From positions 64,001 through 128,000 of the IMG/VR virus record IMGVR_UViG_3300020049_016424: a DNA stretch of 64,000 nucleotides, one strand, 5' to 3'. This DNA is from a virus. Taxonomy: Duplodnaviria; Caudoviricetes. Both the position numbers and the translations under genes were made by a program. Below, one piece after another: positions 41,897-51,500 of this stretch (position 1 is the first letter of the stretch; each line of letters starts with the position of its first letter). The notes under the pieces were generated by a model. That model saw only the letters and a list, made by a program, of their open reading frames with translations, was not told the origin of the DNA and made no database searches.

Positions 41897-42768
41897 CGCT
41901 TCTTGCCTCGGCAGTCGCTCCAGTAGGGGCACCAGTCGAGCGTGCACCACCAGTTGTCCGGCATGGTCAGCGGGAACCGCCCCGCGGCCACGTCCCGCGC
42001 CACGTTCGCGACGATGTCGATCGCGTGGGCGCGGTCCTCGAGCGTGCGCTTCGCGCTCATGCGGAAGTAGCGTGAGCCCATCGTCTTGGTCGGCTTGACG
42101 AGCTGGTCGATGCGGACGTCGGGCACGTCCTCGAACTCGGCGTAGATCGAGAGCTGCAGGCTGTTGTCGGCCTCGGCCTGCCCGCCCTTCTTGCGCTTCG
42201 TCTTGAAGTCGATGACGCGCCCCGGCTCGGTGAGATCGATGACGCCCATGAACGGCACCGGCTCGCTGCCATCCTTGGGGTCGAGCATCTTGCGCACGAC
42301 CTTCTCGACGCCGGTCGGGTACACACCCGGCATGCGCTCTTTGGTGTCGTGGTCGATGTACGTTCCCGTGGCGCCCTTGTAGTAGGTGCGCACGAGGTCG
42401 ATGCCGACGTCCTTGATCTTGCCGACGCTGACGTCGTCCTCGGCGATCACCACATCGGTCTTGAACTGCTCTTCGTGCGCAGCGGCGTAGTGGTCCTCGA
42501 CGAACTCGAGGGGCGGCGCCTTCGCCGTGAACATGATGAACTCGTTGAGCTTCTCCGCAGCCTTGTGCACTGCGGAGCCCTGCGCCATATAGCTATTTTT
42601 CGGCACGGGCTTTTCCATGAGGTAGCGGAACTCGTAGGCTTTTCCGCACTTCATGAACTGCGTCACCTGGGACACTGAGAGGTAGCCGCGGGGCAGCCGG
42701 TCCCTGTAGGTGTCCGCGGTCTTTTCGAGGCCGAGGATGCCGTCTTCGTTGTCGATGTCTTCGAGCAT
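41893..42768 (-). CDS. PD-(D/E)XK Cas4/RecB-like exonuclease
   Basis: LSVSQV..FMKC, GSAVH, GVIDL, IDFKT, QLSIY, WC..WCPYW..C. Confidence 0.85.
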   Translation of the reverse strand: MLEDIDNEDGILGLEKTADTYRDRLPRGYLSVSQVTQFMKCGKAYEFRYLMEKPVPKNSYMAQGSAVHKAAEKLNEFIMFTAKAPPLEFVEDHYAAAHEEQFKTDVVIAEDDVSVGKIKDVGIDLVRTYYKGATGTYIDHDTKERMPGVYPTGVEKVVRKMLDPKDGSEPVPFMGVIDLTEPGRVIDFKTKRKKGGQAEADNSLQLSIYAEFEDVPDVRIDQLVKPTKTMGSRYFRMSAKRTLEDRAHAIDIVANVARDVAAGRFPLTMPDNWWCTLDWCPYWSDCRGKKR

Positions 42769-42792
42769 GTCTCTCTCAGGCGTGGAGGAAAA

Positions 42793-43266
42793 TCATGCAG
42801 CGCCACGCGGCCGCCGTGCCACGTTCTGCGCCCCATGACTCTGGTCTTTGAGCTTTGCGAGGTGCTCTGCCTCGAGCTTTTGGCTCTCTACGAGGATCTC
42901 TGCGAGCTCTTCCGTGATGGAGCGCTCGGGAGGCTTCATGTTCTCTCCGATGACGTCGATGCTTTCATCCTCGGGGCCATAGAGGTTGGGCACCGGGGTG
43001 GCGCGCGGTGCTGGTGCCGCGGTAGTTGCGGGCTGCGGGGGGTGAGGAGCCTCTTCTACCGTGAGAGCCTCTTCTTTTCGGGACACACGATGCACAGGGA
43101 CCTCCGGGGGAACGAGCTCGGCAGTGATTTCGAGGTGCATGCCCGTGAACACCTGCTCCATCGCGGTGACGGCGTCTTCGTGCGACACACGAAACCCGCG
43201 ACGGTCGAGTCCTTCGATCAGGAATGCGAGTAGTTCTTCTTTCTTGATGCGTACGACGATCTCCAT
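42793..43266 (-). CDS. hypothetical protein
   Basis: ATG 43266 after GAGG; Pro-rich linker. Confidence 0.6.
   Translation of the reverse strand: MEIVVRIKKEELLAFLIEGLDRRGFRVSHEDAVTAMEQVFTGMHLEITAELVPPEVPVHRVSRKEEALTVEEAPHPPQPATTAAPAPRATPVPNLYGPEDESIDVIGENMKPPERSITEELAEILVESQKLEAEHLAKLKDQSHGAQNVARRPRGAA
43053..43081 (-). promoter_or_regulatory. putative phage promoter CCGAAA-N15-GGTAGAAG (intragenic)
   Basis: Exact consensus copy upstream of the 42768 nuclease gene. Confidence 0.55.
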
Positions 43267-43279
43267 AGGGTGCCTCGGG

Positions 43280-45178
43280 TCAGGGGATAGGAACGAGCTT
43301 AGCCACGATTCGTAGAACAGAGCCGTCGCAGGTGCACGGCGCCTTGGCATTGGGCCGGATTTGTGCGTGCTTTTCGCACGCAGTCCCTGCTTCGCCGCGC
43401 TCTCCGGTAATCATGGCTTCGATATCGATTTTCTGGTCAAGAGCCGCGGCCTTGTCGAAGTCGGTGGTGTCGAGGGCAAGTAAGCGGAATACTGTGGTTT
43501 TCTTGTCCTGACCGATGCGATAGTTTCGGGCCTTGCTTTGTAGGTACTGCTCAAGGCTCCAGGGGAGCGAGAAGTATACCATGTAATTCGCGGCGTTGAG
43601 CGTCACACCGATGCCGGAAGCGACCTGGCCCAAATAAACTCGAATCGCAGGATCTGTGTTGAATTGGTGCATCGCACCCTCGAAGGCTTCCGTGGACATT
43701 CCGCCCTGGACGCGTACGAAGGGTACCCCGGCCTTCTTGAGGTGCGCTGCGATCAGGTCGAGCTCTGCGATGTACCGCGTCCAGACGATGACTTTGTTCT
43801 TGGCGTCTTCGAGGAGATCTTCGAGCAGGTCTGCGAACGTGTCGAGGCGCGCATTCTTCTCGAAGATCTCCTTCTCGAGCGTCGGCTGGTGCACGAACTC
43901 GCAGCGTCGCGTGAACGGGCGCACCTTCGCCTCGACGCATGCAACGAGATTCTTGCATCCGTTGCAGAACCCTGGGTTGTCGAACGTGCGGTGCACGAAC
44001 CCGCTCGTGATCTGCTCGAGCTTGTTGAGCTGCGTGATGGGCTCGGTCGCGAGCACATACGCGTCCTTGAGCGTAGGCCCGCTCGCCTGGGACAGCTGGC
44101 CATCGAGCAGGGCGTGGCGAACGCTCTCACCTACTTCGTCGCCCTTGTTCTCGATGATCGCGTTGTACAGGGCACGCTGCGGCCCGTAGACCGCGAAGGG
44201 CACGTCGATGATGCGCTGCTCGGGCAAGTCGAGGCACTCCTCCTGCGTCTTGCGCAGGCACACCTCTCCGACACGGTCGTTGAGATCGTCGAGGTTCTTG
44301 AAGCCGAGCACCGTCTTGGGCTTGCCTTGTCGCAGCTCTTCCGGCGGGAACGTCACGTAGGCCTTCTTGTAGTCGAGCCACGACTCCGCCGCAAAGTAGT
44401 TGCCGAGGAATCGCAGCTGCGCATAGAGGTTCAACGGAGAGCCGAGCGAGGGCGTGCCCGAGAGTAGTACGCGCCCCGCGGCGCGCTCACTGAGCATGAG
44501 CGCTGCCTTCGTACGGATGCTGTGGATGGCCTTGATGCGGTGCGACTCGTCCGCCACGATCCTGCGGTACTTCACGCGCAGCAGCGCCGGAGCGAGACGC
44601 ACCGCCGTCTCGTAGGTGACGATGGTCGCTGCAGGGGCACGCTCCTGAATCTGCGTGAGCAGCGCCTCTTTCTGCTTCGGCGTGCCCGAGAGCACCACGG
44701 TGTCCGTAATGCCTCCGTGCGTGACGAACTCACGCGCCCACGTCCGCAGCACGACCCGCGGGCACAGAATGAGCATGGGGTCGAGCGTTGCGCGGTACAG
44801 GTCGACCGTGATCTTGCACTTCCCGAGCCCGGGATCATAGAAGAGGCCTGCGCGAGGGTGCTTGAGCAGCCACTCGAGGCCGGCGCGCTGGTGGGCGAAG
44901 GGCTCTGTGATGAACGTGAAGCCCTCGGGGAGCTTCGGAGGGTGCCGGAGCTCCTGGAGCAGCGCGAGCGCGGCGGGGCTCGCCGTGAGCCCCTTCACGA
45001 CCTTCTTGAGGTCGGAGACGACCTTGTCGTGCACCGGTGCGAACGCAGGGAAGAACCACCGACCGTGGCCCTTGATGAAGGTGGCGCCGTAGACCTCGGT
45101 GACACGCGGAGGAATCAGCCCCTCGAGATAGAACACGGAGGTGTGGTTCAGCTGGGTGGTATGGAGGACCGCGGACAT
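43280..45178 (-). CDS. SNF2-family helicase
   Basis: PFAHQ, DPGLGKC, DESH, LSGTP, KVIVW, GIGVTLNAA, QSKARNYRIGQ; inserted CxxC..C cluster. Confidence 0.88.
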   Translation of the reverse strand: MSAVLHTTQLNHTSVFYLEGLIPPRVTEVYGATFIKGHGRWFFPAFAPVHDKVVSDLKKVVKGLTASPAALALLQELRHPPKLPEGFTFITEPFAHQRAGLEWLLKHPRAGLFYDPGLGKCKITVDLYRATLDPMLILCPRVVLRTWAREFVTHGGITDTVVLSGTPKQKEALLTQIQERAPAATIVTYETAVRLAPALLRVKYRRIVADESHRIKAIHSIRTKAALMLSERAAGRVLLSGTPSLGSPLNLYAQLRFLGNYFAAESWLDYKKAYVTFPPEELRQGKPKTVLGFKNLDDLNDRVGEVCLRKTQEECLDLPEQRIIDVPFAVYGPQRALYNAIIENKGDEVGESVRHALLDGQLSQASGPTLKDAYVLATEPITQLNKLEQITSGFVHRTFDNPGFCNGCKNLVACVEAKVRPFTRRCEFVHQPTLEKEIFEKNARLDTFADLLEDLLEDAKNKVIVWTRYIAELDLIAAHLKKAGVPFVRVQGGMSTEAFEGAMHQFNTDPAIRVYLGQVASGIGVTLNAANYMVYFSLPWSLEQYLQSKARNYRIGQDKKTTVFRLLALDTTDFDKAAALDQKIDIEAMITGERGEAGTACEKHAQIRPNAKAPCTCDGSVLRIVAKLVPIP

Positions 45179-45270
45179 CAGGGTTCTTTCCGGGAACGAG
45201 AACGGAAACGGTCGAGAGAGTGTAACTTCCTGGCGGCAGTCTGGGGGAGACTTTTCCGCGGTACGTGTGC

Positions 45271-45276
45271 TAGTCT
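45271..45276 (+). promoter_or_regulatory. putative extended -10 box of a leaderless promoter
   Basis: TGcTAGTCT 6 nt before ATG 45283. Confidence 0.55.
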
Positions 45277-45282
45277 GCCGCC

Positions 45283-47013
45283 ATGTCCTCGGATTTCAGC
45301 ATCGGCGATTACGCACGGCACGGGGCGGCGCACCCGAACCCCACGTACGACTTCCTGTCGGGCTTCGCGCCGCGGAAGATCAAGGACTTGTTTCGCTGGA
45401 GCGAGTACCTCTACGCGAACGCCCCCGCGATCTTCGCGGCGCTCCAGAAGTTGAGCGCATACCCGGTGACCGAGGTGAAGGTCGCGGCGGAAGGCGCAGC
45501 GCGAAAGGACGTCTGGGAGGACCTCCTCACCGACACCCTCGACGTGCGCAACCATGCGATTCTGACGAACCTCGACCGACGGCTGTATGGCAACTCGTTC
45601 ACATCGATCTACAAGCCGTTCGTACGCACGCTGTGCTGCAATCACCAGGACTGCAAGAAGCTGACGGGCATCACGCACGTCAAGTACACGTTCCAGCTCA
45701 AGACGATGAAGTTCAAATACACGTGCGCGGCGTGTAAGCGAGCGACCGTCGGCGACATCCGCGACCTGAAGAGCGTCGACCGCACGAAGATCTCGCTCAT
45801 CCGCTGGGCCCCTGCGCTCATCGACATCAACTACAACCCGATCACGGGGCGTAGCGAGTACTACTACACGATTCCGTCGGACATCCGGACCAAGGTGGAA
45901 AAGGGCGACCCCCACCTGATGGCCACGATTCCGCTCGAGTTCCTGAAGGCGATTCAAGCGAAGAAGACCTTCAAGTTCTCGCCAGATCAGATCTTCCACA
46001 TGAAGATGCCGGCGCCGGCGGGCATCGACGCGCAGTGGGGTCTGCCGCCCCTCGTGTCGACCATCAAGCTCTTCTTCTATGCTGCAGTGCTCCGCAAGGC
46101 GAACGAAGCGATCGCGCTCGACCACATCGTGCCATTCCGCGTGCTGCACCCCGCGCCGATCTCAGGCAACGCGGACCCGGCGGAGCGCCTGAACATGGCG
46201 AACTGGCAGGCGCAGCTCGAGTCCAACATCAAGCAGTGGCGCCGTGACCCCCTGCACATCATGTTCGCGCCCGCGGCGCTTGGCGTGACGATGATGGGCG
46301 GGCAGGGCCGCTCGCTGCTCACGCTCGGCGAAGTGAAGGACGCCGAAGACGCGATCATCGCGGCGCTCGGCGTACCCCGCGAGTTCCTCTACGGAGGGCT
46401 CACGGTGACGGGCAGCGCCATCACCCTGCGCATGCTCGAGAACCAGCTCGAGAGTGACGCCAAGCAGCTCAACGACCAGCTGGCGTGGATCATCCGGCAG
46501 CTCTCCGTGTTCCTCGAGATGCCGAAGGTGAAGGCGCGCTTCGTGCCCTTCAAGCTCGTCGACGACACCGAGCAGAAGATGGCGCTCCTGAACCTCCAGC
46601 AGGTGACGGGCGGCGCGATCTCGAACAGCCGACTCATGGAGGGCTACTCGGATCTCGACCTCGACGATGAGCGCAAGAAGAAGGAAGAGGAGGCTCTCGC
46701 ACAGGCGAAGAGCGACGCCGATCTTCAGCAGAAGATGCAGCGGCTGCAGACCAGCGCGAGCGCGCAGGCCGAGCAGAGCGCGCAGATGGGCGCGGGACTC
46801 GGGTACAACCCGACTGCGGTCATCCAGCAAGCCGACCAGTACGTGCAGCAGTTCACGCAGATGGACCCAGGTACTCGGCAGTCCCAGATGGACCAGCTGT
46901 CCCAGACCGACCCCGTGATGTACGCGGTTGTGAAGGACCGTATGGAAGCCAACGCGCAGTCCATGAAACACCAGGCGGTCACACAGGCGCGCGCAGGTGG
47001 CGCGCCTATCTGA
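45283..47013 (+). CDS. probable portal protein with Zn-finger insertion
   Basis: 576 aa; LYGNSF, IFHMK, WGLPPL, IIAALGVPREFL pattern and Gln-rich tail typical of portals; C..C/CAAC insert. Confidence 0.6.
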   Translation: MSSDFSIGDYARHGAAHPNPTYDFLSGFAPRKIKDLFRWSEYLYANAPAIFAALQKLSAYPVTEVKVAAEGAARKDVWEDLLTDTLDVRNHAILTNLDRRLYGNSFTSIYKPFVRTLCCNHQDCKKLTGITHVKYTFQLKTMKFKYTCAACKRATVGDIRDLKSVDRTKISLIRWAPALIDINYNPITGRSEYYYTIPSDIRTKVEKGDPHLMATIPLEFLKAIQAKKTFKFSPDQIFHMKMPAPAGIDAQWGLPPLVSTIKLFFYAAVLRKANEAIALDHIVPFRVLHPAPISGNADPAERLNMANWQAQLESNIKQWRRDPLHIMFAPAALGVTMMGGQGRSLLTLGEVKDAEDAIIAALGVPREFLYGGLTVTGSAITLRMLENQLESDAKQLNDQLAWIIRQLSVFLEMPKVKARFVPFKLVDDTEQKMALLNLQQVTGGAISNSRLMEGYSDLDLDDERKKKEEEALAQAKSDADLQQKMQRLQTSASAQAEQSAQMGAGLGYNPTAVIQQADQYVQQFTQMDPGTRQSQMDQLSQTDPVMYAVVKDRMEANAQSMKHQAVTQARAGGAPI

Positions 47014-47044
47014 GCCGTTCCCCGTATTCCTCTAGAGGCAGGCC

Positions 47045-47752
47045 ATGTTCAGCAAAGCCATCGAAGACGCGCAGAAGGTCCCTGCAGGGGCCCCTGGCGC
47101 CGCGCCCGCAGATCCGTTCGATCTCTTCGCGACCTCCGTGAAGCCTGAGATCCCCGACACGTTGGTCGACACGTCGCCCGCGCCCGGCACCATCCCAGGG
47201 TCTCCCCGCATCCAGCTCGACTACTACGCGCGCCGCTTCTTCATCGGACGCGAGCTCGTCGCCATCGACGAGAACCAAAAGATCTACGAGCCCGTCGACG
47301 AGACTCCGGAGCTCAAGGAGGTCATGGATCTGTGCTTGCAAGGCAAAGCCATGATCCTCAAACGCCTCGAAAGCATCGGACAGTCCGGGTCCGTGTGCAT
47401 CTGGATGGAGTGGGGCGTGTACAAGACGCCTGTTGCCACGACGCCCGCCGAGCGGGGGTACATGACGCTGAGCGAGCTCAAATCCCCGCACGTGCACACG
47501 CCGGAGTTCGAGGGGGCGCAGAAGCCCCAGAAGTCGCAGGAACCCCTCCCGTCGGACCCGGAAGCCGTCAGCGCCTTCCCTCCCGAAGATGCGCCGGAGG
47601 AGCTCGAGGAAGAGGCAGAAGAAGATCGAAGCGCAGGCGCGGACGAAGAGGACTGGGATGCACCCGATCCCGACGCGCCGACGGGAACCCCTGACCCGGA
47701 CGCCGAGGTCATCGACGAACCGGCGAAAACGCCCAAGACCTCTCCGAGCTAA
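47045..47752 (+). CDS. hypothetical protein with acidic C-terminus
   Basis: 235 aa following the portal candidate; SD GAGG. Confidence 0.65.
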   Translation: MFSKAIEDAQKVPAGAPGAAPADPFDLFATSVKPEIPDTLVDTSPAPGTIPGSPRIQLDYYARRFFIGRELVAIDENQKIYEPVDETPELKEVMDLCLQGKAMILKRLESIGQSGSVCIWMEWGVYKTPVATTPAERGYMTLSELKSPHVHTPEFEGAQKPQKSQEPLPSDPEAVSAFPPEDAPEELEEEAEEDRSAGADEEDWDAPDPDAPTGTPDPDAEVIDEPAKTPKTSPS

Positions 47753-47884
47753 AGCCGAGGGCGCTCGATGTCTCACGACCCCGGCATCGGCTATCCGCAC
47801 GCGCATGCGCGTGTCGTATTAGCCGAGCGGGATCGTGTCGATATCCACGTGCTCGTCTCCTGGTTTTTGGTGGACAGACATCGC

Positions 47885-48457
47885 TCACCCCGTGATGGGG
47901 GTCGCGATGGGCGGCGCCGCGAGGCGTGCCTCGAGCTCTTCTTTGAGATGGGTGCGCGGCGGGTGCGCCGCGCCGTGCTGCTTGCGAGGCCGCATCCGCT
48001 TGCGCGGCTTCGAGTCCCGGAAACACGGCTCGCACAGCTTGCGCGGCACGTAGCTCTTCGTGCGCATGTGACTGCGCAGCGCCTGTCCGGCGGTGACGCA
48101 CTCGAGGCCTCCGCAGCACGTGCACACGTACGTCTCGACGACGGTCGCGGCCTCGAGCTGCCCGAGGATCATCGGGTCGTTCACGTTGAAGTACCGCGTC
48201 GGCATGACCTCGCGGAAGCACCCACAGAGGGTGCCCGGGGGCCGTTCGCTGCCGCAGACGAAGCAATCGTGCTTCGACAGGTCGTCCTGTCGGAACGCGC
48301 TGCTCCAGAGCTCGCCGTGTGCACGCAGGGCCTCGACGGTCACCTGGACTCCGGCGTAGCTGAGCTCGACGCGGAGGCGCTCTTCCTGTCCGAGGAAGAA
48401 TGCCGCGACGCAGCGACGTGCGAAGGTCAGAGAGTCGTAGGTTGCAGGAATGCTCAT
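47885..48457 (-). CDS. multi-CxxC zinc-finger protein
   Basis: CFVC, CGC, CTCC, CEPC; SD AGGAG. Confidence 0.7.
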   Translation of the reverse strand: MSIPATYDSLTFARRCVAAFFLGQEERLRVELSYAGVQVTVEALRAHGELWSSAFRQDDLSKHDCFVCGSERPPGTLCGCFREVMPTRYFNVNDPMILGQLEAATVVETYVCTCCGGLECVTAGQALRSHMRTKSYVPRKLCEPCFRDSKPRKRMRPRKQHGAAHPPRTHLKEELEARLAAPPIATPITG

Positions 48458-48495
48458 GCTGGGTCTCCTGGTATCTTGATTGGGGAGTACGCTCT

Positions 48496-48524
48496 CTTTT
48501 ACCCTGCGAAGTGCCGTTTTTCGG
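48496..48524 (-). promoter_or_regulatory. putative phage promoter CCGAAA-N15-GGTAAAAG
   Basis: Consensus copy upstream of ATG 48457. Confidence 0.65.
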
Positions 48525-48562
48525 ACGCGGCAATCGCCTTGTTTTCAGGGGGTATGAGAGGG

Positions 48563-48568
48563 TAGACT
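48563..48568 (+). promoter_or_regulatory. putative -10 box of a leaderless promoter
   Basis: ggTAGACT 5 nt before ATG 48574. Confidence 0.5.
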
Positions 48569-48573
48569 GGGCC

Positions 48574-51500
48574 ATGGCCTCGGACCGTACCCCTCCTGTC
48601 TCCGCCGCTCCCGCCGGCCTGCGCCCTGTCGTTATCAGTGCCCGTGAGAAGCGAGAGCTTCTGCGCGAGAAGACGCTCGAGGGGCTGCAGAGCCTGTTTC
48701 CGATCTTGGGGCGGTCGCACGACCTGCACCTGATCTCGGCGGCGGTGAAGCCCACGACGTATTCGAGCAATGAACAGAAGCGTGCGATCCTCGAAGGCCG
48801 CACGCTGTCCGAGCCCATCGTCGGTCGTCTGGTGCTCAAGGACAAGGCGGGCGCAGTCGTCGACACGAAGGACAAGCACATCCTCGCGCACCTGCCGTAC
48901 TTCACCGAGCGCCACACGATGATCGTCGGGGGCAACGAGTACGAGGTACCGAACCAGCTCCGGCTCAAGCCCGGCGTCTACACCCGCGAGCGCGGCAACG
49001 GCGAGTACGAGGCTGCGTTCAACCTGAGCAAGGGCGAGAACTTCCGACTGTCGATGGACCCCGAGACCGGCAAGATGAGTGCGGAGTTCGCTACGACGAC
49101 CGCGCCGCTATACCCCCTTCTGCGCGCGCTCGGTGTGCAGGACACGACCGTGCGGCAGCACTGGGGCGCAGATCTCCTCGACGCGAACAAGAAGAGCGCA
49201 GGCAAGGAAGAAGCGGTGCTGAACAAGCTCGTCGCGCGCTTCCGCAAGCCGAAGGACGCGATGCCGTCGACGCTCGAAGGCAAGCGCGCGTTCGTGCAGA
49301 ACTACTTCGACGGCACGCGCATGAGCACGCAGGTGACCGAGCGGACGCTGGGCAAGGGCTACGATCGCGTGACTCCGGACGCGCTGTTGCGCGCCTCGCA
49401 GAAGCTGCTCGAGGTGCATCGCGGTGAGGCGGAGGAAGATGACCGCGACTCGCTCGAGTTCAAGACCATCCACAGCGTCGAGGACTTCTTCAAGGAGCGC
49501 CTCGAGAAAGACGCGAAGTACTCCGTCAACAACAAGCTCATCCACAAGATGAACCAGAGCAAGACGAAGCAGATCAAGGGCTTCATGCCGAACGCGGCGT
49601 ACACGCGGCCGTTGACGTCGTTCCTCACGAGCAGCGCGATCTCTGCGATCCCCACGCAGTTCAACCCGATCGAGCTCATCGATCACGCCGCAAAAGTCAC
49701 CTCACTCGGCGAGGGCGGCATCACGGCCGACCGCGCGATCCCGTTCGAGGCCCGCAAGGTGCACGGCACGCACTACGGCGTGCTCGACATCGTGCGCACG
49801 CCCGAGTCGGGGCATGCTGGCATCGACCTACGCGCTGCGATGGGCGCCTACCGCGACTCGGCGGGCGAACTCTACGCACACATGAAGGACACCCGCACGG
49901 GCAAGCACGCGCCGGTGCGTGTGACGACGCTCGCACGGAGCTCTGTCGGCTTTGCAGGACAGGGCGAGTCGAGCGCGAAGATGGACGCGCTCAAAGGCTC
50001 GAACGCAGTGTCGCTCGACCGCAAGAAGGTCGACTACGTCCTCGCCGATCACACGCACCAGTTCTCGCCCGCGACGGCGCTCGTCCCGTTCCTTGATGGG
50101 ATGCAGATGAACCGTGCCATCATGGGCAGCAAGTTCCAGACGCAGGCGCTGCCGCTGCTCGAGCGCGAAGTGCCGTTCATTCAGGCCCAGGCGCCCCGCG
50201 CTGGACACAGCATGGAGCGTGAGGTTGCGCGGCTCACCGTGCCCACCTCGTCTGTGCACGGCACCGTCGAGAAGATCGACGCGGACTACATCTACATCCG
50301 GCCGCATGCGGAGAAGCACGCTGCCGTCTCTGACGACCTCATCGAAGCGCCTGCGCGAGAGACAACTCCTGAAGAGACGCTCTGGGCCAAGCAGGCGGCT
50401 TACGAGGACTACGACCTCGACGAAGAAGACGGCCTCGACGATCTCGCAATCACGCCTCCGGAGCATCTCTCGGACGCGAAGATCGCGTCTTCGGACACGG
50501 GGCTCATCAAGCTCCCGTACGACACGCACTTCCCCCTCGCGGCGAAGACGTACTTGCACAATGACGTCACGGCGAAGGTGGGAGACACGGTTACGCCGGG
50601 GCAGACGCTCGCCGAGAGCAACTTCACCCGCAACGGCACGATGGCGCTCGGTAAGAACCTGTCGGTCGCGTACCTCGCCTACTACGGAAAAAACAGCAAC
50701 GACGCGGTCGTGATTTCGGAGGCGGCCGCGAAGAAGCTGACGAGCGAGCACATGTACAAGGAGGTCCTGCGCAAGGGACCTGACACGCTCCAGGGCAAGG
50801 CGAAGTACATGGCGTATTTCGGCATGCGCTTCACGAAGGCGCAGCTCGACAAGCTCGACGACAACGGTGTGGCGAAGCCGGGGGCGCACTTCAGCCCTGG
50901 CGACCCTATCGTGCTCGCGCTCGAGAAAGCGACGCCCTCTCCCGAGGCCGCAATGCTCGGGCACCTGCACAAGAGCCTCGTGAAGCCCTACCGTGACGCA
51001 GCGGTGATGTGGGAGCACCACACGGACGGGGAGGCGATCGATGCGGTGAACGCCGCGCGGCAGGTCGTCGTCACGGTGCGCACGCACGAGGCCATGAAGA
51101 TCGGCGACAAGCTCGCGAACCGCTTCGGCGGCAAGGGCGTCGTGTCCGAGATCATCCCGCAGCACAAGATGGTGCAGGACGAAGCCGGCAAGCCGATCGA
51201 CGTGCTCTTCACGAGCGCGGGCATCATCTCGCGCATCAACCCCGCGCAGGTCGTCGAAGGTGCCCTGGGCAAGGTGGTCGAGAAGACAGGCAAGCCGCTC
51301 GTCATCCCGCAGTTCCAGGACCACAGCAACGTCGAGTACGCAAAGAAGCTGCTGAAGGAACACGGCATCTCCGACAAGGAGACGGTCTATGACCCGGTCT
51401 CGGGGCGCAGCATCCCGAAGGTGTTCGTCGGACGCAGCTACATCCTCAAGCTCTTCAAGAGCGGCGAGACGAACTACGCAGCACGCGGCGTCACGAGCTA

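Noticed and set aside
36362-42768. Two Cas4-like nucleases as a CRISPR-Cas adaptation module
   Set aside because: No cas1, cas2 or repeat array; both lie in the replication/recombination cluster, as is common for phage PD-(D/E)XK exonucleases.
50300-50500. RNAP and PolA inserts as inteins
   Set aside because: No C/S start with HN-[CST] end and no endonuclease motifs; both are low-complexity or helical.
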